Positions 30,543 through 39,725 are shown, numbered from the stretch's first letter. The stretch: 64,000 nucleotides of DNA from Candidatus Poribacteria bacterium (GCA_965208675.1 OZ242351.1:3488001-3552000); one strand, 5' to 3'. Numbers and translations: made by a program. Notes: a model not told the origin generated them from the letters alone.

Positions 30543-30571
30543 ATTATACCACACACCTGTTAAGTTGTCAA
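30543..30571 (-). promoter_or_regulatory. Consensus sigma70 promoter for the GNAT-PIN/ASCH module
   Basis: The minus strand reads TTGACA-N17-TATAAT with a TGn extension. The -35 box contains the MTase stop codon TGA. Confidence 0.8.
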
Positions 30572-33500
30572 TCATTGTTTAAGTCGGCGGGCTGATCCAC
30601 TTTCAGACTACCCGCCTTCCGCAGGCGCGCCTGCACAAGATCGATAACGGCTTCATACACGGCATCGCGTTCACCTTGTGTGAGGTTGAGGGCGTCGAAG
30701 ATGGCAGCGTCAAGGGTGCGACGCTCGCCTGATGGTTCAAGCATGTCCCATGAGGTTAAGGTGAAAATCGATACATCGTCAAAAGCAATCGTGTTTGGAT
30801 CTAAGCAGAATAACTCCGCGACCTCATAGGTCTGAATTTTCAACAGACCACCGCCGAAATTTGAACGTCCTGCCATATTTACCATGAGCTGGAATAAGGT
30901 CGAATTCAAAGATACACACAAACTCGGCGTCAAATCTGAATCCATGTGTATTTCTTGAAAATTATCGCTTGTGAAACAACCGTCCAGAGCATACAGAGTC
31001 TTTGCTGTTGAAGAAATCAAGTAGTTGAAAGCAAGCTGTGGAAGCCGCCGATTGCCCAAATCCCACCACCGCGCTCTACCGCTGCAACTCGGTCTCTGGT
31101 CAAACCTTCTTGATTTGCCGTATTCAATGTATTCTAAAGCGGCGGTGTCTACTAGGTCCTCTTTGTCTTTATTGCACATGAAGAGTTTGAACTTTAACTG
31201 GCTTGGATCGATTAGGATGCTTTTGCACTCTCGCGGACTTTTGATGACGGGCTTCAGGAACTCCTCCTCGATTCCCTATCGTCGAATTGCTTCGTCGTCA
31301 AGGTAGAAAAACTCGTTTGCCCCCGTTGTAAAACCTCGTCGCACCTCGGCGATGTCACCCAGCCGCACCAGTTTGTCCTTGCCTTTCTCCAGAATGGTCC
31401 AGTAGATGTCCGGTGCGCGGAGATACTTTCCGCCCCACTTGTCGCCTGCAAATTTCGGTTTGGGCGAGGCGTCAACAATTCCGTTTTCCAAAAGTGATTT
31501 TTGCGGCATTGGATCGACCCGGTGTTCCTGCCTCCTAAGGCGTTTCGAGGCGGTTTCAATCTCGTAGAAAATCACGGGATCTAGGATGGCTTCAAATGGT
31601 GTATTGAAGGAGACGAATCGTGCCGTACAGTCCAACCCTGACTGTCGTGTGTCGTCGGGTGCGGAGAAGAGACAAATGACGGTGTTCACATCGGCGGATG
31701 CGAAGGAACGCCGCGCACGATTGTCGATAATCTGTTTGATGCGGCAGTGCTTGAGGGTGAACTCCTGCAGGTCTTTTCCGTAGGCGACATCGAGCCACGA
31801 ATTTGAGGTGATGAAACAGAACGACCCCATGGGATTGAGAAGTGAAAGCGCGTGGAAATAGAAGTAGATGTAGAGGTCGCTCTTGGCGTCAATTTTGTGT
31901 GAGACCGCGGCGGCTGGGTTATCCGGTTTGACGTCCTTTTCGCGTTTGTAACCGAAGAAGCGCGGGAAGGCTTGGTACACGGAGCGGGCGAGTTTTGCCT
32001 TGCGCGCCTTATTGAACGCCTTCTTTTGTGCGTCCGTCATTTCTTCGCGCGATAGTTTCGGATCCAAAATGTTCTCCTGCCGCACATACGGCGGATTGCC
32101 GATGACGATATCGAACCCACGTCTGTCGTCGGAAAAGATTTCGACAAAGGCGATGTCCCACACAAACGGGAACGTTCGCGCGTCTGCGAGGGCGCCGTGG
32201 GCTTGGACAAGCCGGTCACGGTCTATAGTCAAAGTCTCAATCTGTTTCCGCCGCTCTGCCGCTTCCAGTTCAAATTGGTGCGCGGTTCTCTCTTCAATAG
32301 TGCCATCAAGCCGGATCTGTTGCGCTCTAGGTCCATTGATAAGCTCATGCAAATCGCCAATTTCCGTATTGATATCTTCGGCACGTGTATCTATAAGAAC
32401 TTGGAAGAGGTTCTGTTCCTCTTGTTGTATTTCCTGTTCGGAATCGTAACGGCAGGTTCTGTCGTTGTTGAAGAACTTTAGCTTTTCGTTTTTGAGGCGG
32501 GTGGTACGTGCTTTTAAGGATCTTGGTATTTCGCTGAAATCAGCGCGGATTTGGGCGAGGTTCATGCCGCCGATTTCTTGGACGAGGCTATCGCCGCATC
32601 GTATGTTAAAGGAGAAGTGCGGGAGCAGCGGCTCGTTGCGCAATTGGAGTTCTGCACGGGGAATATCGGCGTCAATGATGAGCGCGAGCCAGAGGCGCAG
32701 TTCCGCGACGTGGCACGCCCACTCCATCACGTCCACGCCGTAGAGGTTGCTTCCGACAATTGCCTTCTTGCGGTCGAAGCTGGATGCTTCCCGTCCAAGC
32801 GCACGATTGGCTCTATCCCGCAGGTCGTCTAGGATTTGGAGCATCCCGACGAGGAAAGCGCCGGAACCGCAGGCGGGATCTACAATTACAATTTCGCTTA
32901 GCCGCTCTCCAATCGGATTCCAAAGTTTTGCTTCGATGAGCCTCTGATCGGCGTCGGTTTTGTCGTCCGGGTCGAAGGCGAACACGGCTTGGTAAAGCGC
33001 CGGTTTGTGTTCCTCCCCCAAGTGATTCGCAAGGTTGTCCACCAGCGCCAGGCGGCACATCAGGTCAATCTCGGTGCGCGGGGTGTAGAAGATGCCGGCG
33101 TCGCCGCGTTCATCGGTTTCCGCAGAAACGTTGACGAGGCTTTCATAAACCTTTCCAATCATCTCAGGATCGATGGCGACCTCCTGATCGAGCGGGCTGT
33201 CTTCAGCGATAGTGAAGTTGTAGTTTTCAAGAAAATCGAAAATACGCACGAAGCGGGAATCAGAAATCTGGAAATGGTGCGACTCGTCGAGGGAGTTCTC
33301 GGTGAACAGACCGCCGTTGAGGTAGGGTGCGGACGCCAGCGCTTTCCGAATGTCGTCGGGAAACTGGCGGTGTCCGCCGTGGAATCTGTTGTTAAACGCC
33401 TCGAAGAATAGGACGTTGAGCCAGCTCTCGACGAACGAACCGTCCGGCTGGTTTGCGGAACGGTAGCTCTCCCAGAACGTCCGCAGAAAGCCGGTATCGC

Positions 33501-34188
33501 TGCCGAGCCAACGTTTGCGCTGGATGAAGTAAAGGAACATGCAGCGGTTGAGGAATTGCAGTGAGTAATCGTGCGCCCACTGACGGTCGTCCGTCTGATC
33601 TTTCAAGTCTTTCTGCAGATTGTCAAAGACGGTTTTGTAGGCTTCAAAGAATTGCTTGGTGACGGCTTCGACATCGAAAGCTGCTTCGTGGTGGGCCTGA
33701 ATGTCGAGGGGTTGAATGGTTTCGAGAATAGGACTGATGGATTCCAGATCGAGCATGGCAATCCGCTCGGATGCGGTGCGCAGTTTTTCGTAGGGGCTGA
33801 TTGTGATGCGGCGGAACAAGCGGCGTTTTTTGGCGTCCTTATCGTATTTGATATTGACGAAATGCCAGTGCGTCTGCTCGCGGTTGCTGAAGATGAACAG
33901 GGAATAGGGGTGGTTACCCAAGAGGCGAGAGATGATGGGGCGTTCCGCCGTCAGGAGCAGGCGGTCGGTATTGAGATGGACGTAAATGATATGAAAAGCG
34001 GCGTCCGTTCCGCCGCCGGCGAGAAGGATTGGATCGCTGGCGAGGGAGTCTCCGCCTTGATAGGAGAGCGGGGTGTTGCGATGGTCGTAGTTTAACTCGG
34101 ACCAGAACAGTTCTTTGAGGGGTTCGATGCCGTGGAAGTTCTTGAGGATTTCTAGGATTCTTTGGTGTTGTGTGAGATTGTTTGGCAT
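30568..34188 (-). pseudogene. Eco57I-like (type IIG-like) N6-adenine methyltransferase with target recognition domain, interrupted by one in-frame TAG at 31276-31278
   Basis: YLNGGLF, GKVYESL, GIFYTPR, DPACGSGAF, GNPPY and SNSWLDVAYG. ORFs 31276-34188 and 30568-31179 share a frame and read AIRR*GIEEEFLKPVIKSPRECK across the stop. Confidence 0.88.
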
Positions 34189-34220
34189 GGGGGTGCCTCT
34201 ATGTGAAATGGTCAGTTAGG

Positions 34221-34253
34221 AGAAACCGAGTTTTTTGGAAAAACTCGGTTTCT
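34221..34253. repeat. Perfect 15-bp-stem palindrome in the MTase leader
   Basis: AGAAACCGAGTTTTT-TGG-AAAAACTCGGTTTCT. A degenerate relative lies at about 34322-34355. Confidence 0.85.
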
Positions 34254-34268
34254 GAGTTTGGTTGCGTG

Positions 34269-34302
34269 TTATGAACCTCCTCCTCCTTGGTAAGGAGGGG
34301 GA
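34269..34302. repeat. CC-rich hairpin repeat, copy left of the RAYT
   Basis: TTATGAACCTCC..CCTCCTTGGTAAGGAGGGG. Same-orientation relative at 35587-35626 and a weaker one at 40341-40371. Confidence 0.75.
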
Positions 34303-34399
34303 TGATTGGCGTGTAGTCTAGAGAAATCGAATGCTTCAAGAAATCTCGGTTGTTCTGTTTGAATTTCAGAAACTCATTCCCGTCGGTCGTCGCTTTTTT

Positions 34400-34429
34400 A
34401 TTATACCATTGCAGCTATGGGATTGTCAT
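34400..34429 (-). promoter_or_regulatory. Putative promoter for the methyltransferase
   Basis: The minus strand reads ATGACA-N18-TATAAT with a TGG extension. Confidence 0.5.
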
Positions 34430-34432
34430 TAC

Positions 34433-34605
34433 CGAGGCAAGGATGCCTCTCCCACAGTCAAGTACAGGTTTCATTTGAGCAAAACAGGCTGTGGGAGGGA
34501 AATCCTTTTCCCAATATTCAGGTCAGAATGTCACTACAGTTGAAAATCGTGGCAGGGATGCCTCTCCCACAAGAGCAGCTTCTCCCACAGATAAGCCTTC
34601 TCACA
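34433..34605. repeat. REP/REPIN cluster downstream of the RAYT
   Basis: REP A at 34433-34456 and 34546-34571 (reverse complement GTGGGAGAGGCATCCYTGCCWCG). REP B TGTGGGAGGGAAATCCTTTTCCC at 34490-34512. Short CTCCCACA tails follow. Confidence 0.9.
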
Positions 34606-34613
34606 GAAAACTT

Positions 34614-35105
34614 CTAATCTCCATTCAGGCTGCCTACTACCTCGAATTTACATCGCCAATAAGGGCAGTCTTTTGCTTTTTTGACTAAGCCTTGTCGAAC
34701 GGGGTTATGATAGCAGTAGCGAATAATTTCGTTCAGAGATTCGTCGCGTCGAATGCCGTGGTCATGAAATCCTTCCTTCCATACTGAACCGTGTTCACCT
34801 CGATTTTCGTTAATCTTCCTTGCTGTAAATGCCTTGAGGGAATGCATAATTTTTGGTAAGGTTTGGTTACGACCAAGTTGGATTACTGTGTGGATGTGGT
34901 CGGGCATGACCATGATACAGATCCACTTGATTCTACCATGGGTTTCTAACCATTCAAAAGTTTCAAAGATGATTTGTGCAACATCAGGATTCGAAAGAAT
35001 CGGTTTTCGGTCCAATGTAGAAGTAGTGAGGAGGTAATATGTTCCTGGTATTTCGTATCGTCCCTTCCGTAATTGATGGCTTCCTCGATTTGGAAAACGG
35101 TGCAC
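34614..35105 (-). mobile_element. REP-associated tyrosine transposase (RAYT, Y1 HUH family)
   Basis: LRKGRYEIPGTYYLLTT, HUH motif VMPDHIH, SLKAFTA, VWKEGFHDHGIR and catalytic Tyr region RYCYHNPVR. Flanked on both sides by REPs. Confidence 0.92.
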
Positions 35106-35176
35106 GGGGTTTCCTTTTTATGGGACGGAGTTTATTCTGTCAACAAAATGAGGATAGGTTGGTTCCATTGTCGATT

Positions 35177-35522
35177 ATCGAGGCAGGGATGCCTCTCCCA
35201 CAGGTAAGCTCCCCTCACAAATAAGTACAGGTTTCATCCGTGCCAAATAGTCTGTGTGAGGGAAATCCTTTTCCCGATACTCTGGTTAGAAAGTCTCTAC
35301 TATTGACAATCGAGGCAAGGCTGCCTCTCCCACAGGTTTTTTGGTCGAGATGTGAAAGCTTCCTTGACTCTGTAGATACTGAGGCGGAAAGCCTGTGGGA
35401 GGGAAATCCTTTTCCCGATATTCTGGACAGAATGTCTCTAATACTGAAAATCGAGGCAGGGATGCCTCTCCCACAGGAACAGCCTCTCCCACAAAAACAA
35501 CCTTTCCCACAGGAGCAGCCTT
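35177..35522. repeat. REP/REPIN cluster upstream of the RAYT
   Basis: REP A at 35177-35202, 35309-35334 and 35450-35475. REP B at 35253-35278 and 35394-35419. Tandem partial GCCTCTCCCACA units follow. Confidence 0.9.
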
Positions 35523-35586
35523 CCTTCAGATAGGTTTCTTACCCGCTTTCAAACTACTTGCTTTCTGCTAGCGGGCCTGCACCGGA

Positions 35587-35626
35587 TTATGAACCTCCCC
35601 TAACCCCTCCTTAGTAAGGAGGGGAA
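35587..35626. repeat. CC-rich hairpin repeat, copy right of the RAYT
   Basis: TTATGAACCTCCCCTAACCCCTCCTTAGTAAGGAGGGG. Confidence 0.75.
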
Positions 35627-35785
35627 TAATTCTATTCCCCCTTGGTAAAGATGAGCAAGGCGCAAGTAGCTAAATCGCCTTGCAAGCGTTCGGATTTTGG
35701 TGTATGCTGTCATCGGGTGGGTTGGGTGTTGCGTTTGCACGTACGGAACGGAAATTCTATCAAAAATGCATTAGGAGGTGCAACG

Positions 35786-36130
35786 ATGAGAATTCTGTTG
35801 GTGCTCGTATTGGCGCTTCTGAGTGCGTGCGGCGAGGAACATATCGAGATAATGACGCTGGCACCTTACGAGGTACCGTGTGTAGGGGCTTTTGAGCAGG
35901 ATTGTTACCTCGAATACAATTCGGACTCAGGGCGCTGGGAGTTTTTCTACGATGCGATTAGCGGCTTCGATTTTGAACCGGGATACTTTTATACGCTTGA
36001 AGTCAGATTGGAAGACATTGGCACCGAATACCAGGATGCCGGAAGATACGATTATCACCTTGTTAAGATACTAGATAAAAAGAAAGCGCCGGATGATTTC
36101 CACCACAAAAGAGGCGACAAGCCTGAATAG
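35786..36130 (+). CDS. DUF4377-like lipoprotein, paralog 1
   Basis: AGGAGG RBS, lipobox LLSAC, PC.G...QDCYL and WEFFYDAISGFDFEPGYFYTLEV. Confidence 0.8.
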   Translation: MRILLVLVLALLSACGEEHIEIMTLAPYEVPCVGAFEQDCYLEYNSDSGRWEFFYDAISGFDFEPGYFYTLEVRLEDIGTEYQDAGRYDYHLVKILDKKKAPDDFHHKRGDKPE

Positions 36131-36182
36131 CAGAGGCTATGGAGAATTGAGCATCTGTAACAAACGGGATTCGGAGGAAAAA

Positions 36183-36524
36183 ATGAGATTGTTGTTGATG
36201 GCGGCGCTAGCGGTTTTATGCGCCTGCGGCGGGGATCATATTGAGACATTGACGTTGGGTCCCTACGAGGTGCGGTGTCAAGGATTTATTGAGCAGGACT
36301 GTTTTCTTGAGTACAACGCGGATTCAGGCCGTTGGGAATTTTTCTACGAATCGATTCAAGGATTTAATTTTGAACCGGGATACTTTTATACCCTCGAAGT
36401 TAGGTTAGAAGACCGCGGACCCATTCAGGACGCCGGGCGATATTCCTATCACCTCGTAAAGGTCATAGAAAAGAAGGAAGCGCCTGATGATTTCGATCAT
36501 CGGAGAGGCGACAAGCCGGCATAG
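36183..36524 (+). CDS. DUF4377-like lipoprotein, paralog 2
   Basis: GGAGG RBS, lipobox VLCAC and WEFFYESIQGFNFEPGYFYTLEV. Highly similar to paralog 1. Confidence 0.8.
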   Translation: MRLLLMAALAVLCACGGDHIETLTLGPYEVRCQGFIEQDCFLEYNADSGRWEFFYESIQGFNFEPGYFYTLEVRLEDRGPIQDAGRYSYHLVKVIEKKEAPDDFDHRRGDKPA

Positions 36525-36700
36525 AGTACGGGCCGGAAAATAATCAGAGGGATACAAGAATGTTAGGTTTCTCCCAAGCCGGCACCGATTCCGATAAAGC
36601 GAACACTGCTCAATTACCAAAAAGCGTTGGGTTACGCTGCCTCTTGCGACATTTCTAACGCAATCAAACCTACAAAACCCGATTTGAAGCCGCAGCGGCT

Positions 36701-37771
36701 ATGAGATACATCGGTTGCAAAAACAATCTACTGTCTTCTATTGAGGAGGTCGTGCGAACGCACTGTCCGCAGGATGGTGTTTTCTGTGATCTCTTTGCCG
36801 GCACGCATTCGGTCGCGGCGCATTTCAAGAGACTTGGATTTCAGATTATTTCCAACGATCTGCTCTACCTCGCTTATGTCTTCGGGCGCGCACTGATTCA
36901 GAACAGCCATACACCCGCTTTCAACAAATTAACGAAACTCCCTGCGGCTCACCCCTCAAATCTGTTTGACGGGATGGATACGTACACGGACGTATTGAAC
37001 TATTTGAACCGGCTTGAGGGAACCTCCGATGGTTTTATCTACAATACATATTGTCCGGGCGGGGAAAACCGATACAACCGGCAATACCTCTCTGACAGTA
37101 ACGGACAGAAGGTCGACGCAGTTAGGCAGCAGATTGAAGCGTGGCGGGGGGATGGGACAATCACCGAAGACGAGCATTATACCCTCCTACACTCGCTCCT
37201 GGAGGCGGTCTCGAAAGTGACCAACATCTCAGGGACTTACGGCGCGTATCTGAAAAGCTGGGACGCAAGAACCTACAAAGACCTAACGCTTGAACCGTTT
37301 TCACCGATTGCGTCGGACAAGGAACATGCCGTCTACCAAGAGGATGCAAACCAACTCGTTGAGCGGATTGGCTGCGACATTCTTTACATCGACCCTCCCT
37401 ACAATAGCCGCCAATACATTACGAACTATCATCTCCTCGAAACCGTTGCTCGCTATGACGCCCCATTCGTTTACGGCAAAACTGGAATGCGATCATATTC
37501 CGATGCGGAGAAATCGGCGTACTGCTCAAAGGGCGCGTGTCTGCCAGCGTTTGCGGCGTTAATCGCGCGAGCGCGAGCACAGCACATCGTCGTGAGTTAT
37601 AACAGCGAAGGCATTATGAGGGAGGCGGAGATACTTGAGGTTCTCGGCCAAAAAGGGGAGACCTCAAAACTGATTCCCATCAATTACCGCCGCTTCAAGA
37701 GCAACGCTAACGGCGCACACAAGAGTAAGAAAAACGTACAAGAGTATCTGTTCTATGTCCAATCGAAGTGA
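36701..37771 (+). CDS. D12-class N6-adenine DNA methyltransferase (M.NlaIII/M.FokI-like)
   Basis: MRYIGCK, DLFAGT, NISGTYGAYLK, YIDPPYN, NYHLLET and VSYNSEG. Confidence 0.9.
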   Translation: MRYIGCKNNLLSSIEEVVRTHCPQDGVFCDLFAGTHSVAAHFKRLGFQIISNDLLYLAYVFGRALIQNSHTPAFNKLTKLPAAHPSNLFDGMDTYTDVLNYLNRLEGTSDGFIYNTYCPGGENRYNRQYLSDSNGQKVDAVRQQIEAWRGDGTITEDEHYTLLHSLLEAVSKVTNISGTYGAYLKSWDARTYKDLTLEPFSPIASDKEHAVYQEDANQLVERIGCDILYIDPPYNSRQYITNYHLLETVARYDAPFVYGKTGMRSYSDAEKSAYCSKGACLPAFAALIARARAQHIVVSYNSEGIMREAEILEVLGQKGETSKLIPINYRRFKSNANGAHKSKKNVQEYLFYVQSK

Positions 37772-38705
37772 AACGGAAACACCAAGAGGAGTGCCGGATG
37801 CGCGCAACACGCTCAACAACTTAACCGGCAGAGAATGGGTCTATTTTTTGAATTCAATCGACTTGATTGAAGGAGAGCCTAACCTGCTCTCAGGTGAGTT
37901 CCTCAATGACCTGTCGGAGGAACAGTGGGCGGCGAATCAAGCGCCCATCATTGACACGTTCTACCCGACCTCCGGCGAAGCCGGGTATGCCCATAACATC
38001 CGCAAGCGGCATCCATCACCGAAACCGCCGCAACTCATGAAGCGGCTCATCGAATTCTTTACCAAACATGACGGTTGGGTGTTCGATCCGTTTGCGGGCG
38101 TCGGCGGCACGTTGTTGGGATGTTCGATGGCAGGGCGCCGGGGCGTAGGTGTGGAACTGTCCCAGTCGTATCTCGACCTATACCAGAACGCGTCCGAAAC
38201 GTTGAATTTAGAACCTCAGACGGTTTACCGCGGCGATTCGAGGCATCTTGAAGAGATTTTTAACGGCGAGGATTACCATTTCGATCTGATTCTGACCGAT
38301 CCGCCGTATGGGGATATGCTCTCAAGAAAGCGCACCGGCGAACGGAAGAAGAAAACCGGCGATGATTCACCTACACCTTTTACGGATGAAGCGGACGACC
38401 TCGGCAATATGCATCCCGATCAGTTTTACGACGCCTTGACATCCGTTATCGCACAATCCATGAAATATTTAAATGTCAAAGGATACGTTTTGGTCTTCTG
38501 TAAAGACCTCCAACCGACGGCTGAATACCACAACCTCATCCACGCCGATGTGGTCAATACATTGGCGCAGATACCGAATCTCCGGTTTCGCGGGTATAAA
38601 ATCTGGTACGACAAGTCGCTTAAACTCTATCCGTTCGGCTATCCCTACGCGTATGTGTCCAACCAACTACATCAGTTCATTTTGATTTTTCGGAAGGAAA
38701 AATAG
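37755..38705 (+). CDS. N4/N6 DNA methyltransferase
   Basis: HPSPKP, VFDPFAGVGGT, GVEL and LTDPPY. Overlaps the upstream MTase by 17 bp. Confidence 0.87.
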   Translation: MSNRSETETPRGVPDARNTLNNLTGREWVYFLNSIDLIEGEPNLLSGEFLNDLSEEQWAANQAPIIDTFYPTSGEAGYAHNIRKRHPSPKPPQLMKRLIEFFTKHDGWVFDPFAGVGGTLLGCSMAGRRGVGVELSQSYLDLYQNASETLNLEPQTVYRGDSRHLEEIFNGEDYHFDLILTDPPYGDMLSRKRTGERKKKTGDDSPTPFTDEADDLGNMHPDQFYDALTSVIAQSMKYLNVKGYVLVFCKDLQPTAEYHNLIHADVVNTLAQIPNLRFRGYKIWYDKSLKLYPFGYPYAYVSNQLHQFILIFRKEK

Positions 38706-38788
38706 GCGAGCGTGGAAATTCCCTGCGCCGGTCTTCTTTACCAAAGAATTCATGTAAATTTGTTCTACTAATTCCGGGGGGACGGACA

Positions 38789-39421
38789 GTGAGAAAATGG
38801 TATAATGCGGTTGTCATCTTGATGTTTGTTGTGGGTGTTGCGCTTATCGCCGGTTCCGTGATTTATTACCTTTGGGCGGTAGAGAGAATAGGGGACAAAA
38901 CCGGTTCGGGGGATGAACTTCTCCCAGCGCTGCCGACTCAAGGCAGGGATGATTTTCGCCAGCCGCCGCGGCAGTTTTCCGCCAAAGCGCAACAGCAACA
39001 GTCCGAGAAAGACGAAGGGGTAAATGAAGATGCCTTCGCGGGCGACTCTGATGAAAGCGTAACCTACGTTGGAACTGAAACCGAAGCGGCAACTACACAA
39101 GAAAACGACGCTCACGAACAGTCAACCAACGAAGCAGCACCCGACGCGGAAACTTCGAACGCACGCGAACTATACATCCAAGAACGTGGCCGTAAGGCGA
39201 TAGCAGAATTGCCGCAGATGATTAGTGAGTGGGAGCAGATGACGGAGGAATGGTCTTCATTATCTCGGACACTCCCGGCAGAAGAAAGGGATCGACTTCA
39301 CCAGAATCTGAAGGAGTTGGAAGACAAAATATTGCGTTCAGCTTTTGACTACATTGCCGCTACTGATGACGTGGATACACTAAATGCTGTTTTTGAAGGA
39401 ACAATATGGAGTTTTGATTGA
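38789..39421 (+). CDS. Hypothetical protein with an N-terminal membrane anchor and acidic linker
   Basis: Hydrophobic N-terminal helix, Q/E/T-rich middle and helical C-terminus. Confidence 0.6.
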   Translation: MRKWYNAVVILMFVVGVALIAGSVIYYLWAVERIGDKTGSGDELLPALPTQGRDDFRQPPRQFSAKAQQQQSEKDEGVNEDAFAGDSDESVTYVGTETEAATTQENDAHEQSTNEAAPDAETSNARELYIQERGRKAIAELPQMISEWEQMTEEWSSLSRTLPAEERDRLHQNLKELEDKILRSAFDYIAATDDVDTLNAVFEGTIWSFD

Positions 39422-39622
39422 AGACTATCCAAGAACTAGGTTTTGGTGCGATTGATGATTATGTCTTTACTTGTCCCCAATGTTTAGACAGTTATGAACG
39501 AACATTAAGGTGTAAGTGCCAGTCAATTGGTGTTGGGGACGGTGTTGGTGTTTGGTAATCAATTGGGATGGGTGAGGTTTTTAAGACTGAAGACTATCGC
39601 CTTCGCTATTCGCTCAGTTGAT

Positions 39623-39725
39623 CGTTGGGTTTCGCTACAGTCATCGAATTTTGCACGTGTTGAGGTTGACAGGGCGGTAAGTTTAAATGGACGGTTTTTG
39701 GAGGAATCCGCTCTACCCAACCTAC
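39623..39725. repeat. GTAG-type REP with an expanded 71-nt loop
   Basis: CGTTGGGTTTCGCTAC-N71-GCTCTACCCAACCTAC. Compact copy at 40175-40207 and degenerate copy at about 36625-36673. Confidence 0.8.

Noticed and set aside
31276-31278. Genome-wide TAG reassignment or pyrrolysine
   Set aside because: TAG terminates well-conserved genes here, no pyl genes are visible, and the context suggests a Trp codon mutation.
18892-34188. Complete DISARM or BREX system
   Set aside because: No DrmB (DUF1998), separate DrmA, PglZ or BrxC genes are recognisable.
34433-35522. CRISPR array
   Set aside because: The units alternate in orientation and the spacers resemble each other. This is REPIN architecture around a RAYT.
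35039-35533. Short ORFs with repeated IEAGMPLPQ peptides
   Set aside because: These are translations of REP DNA, not evidence of proteins.
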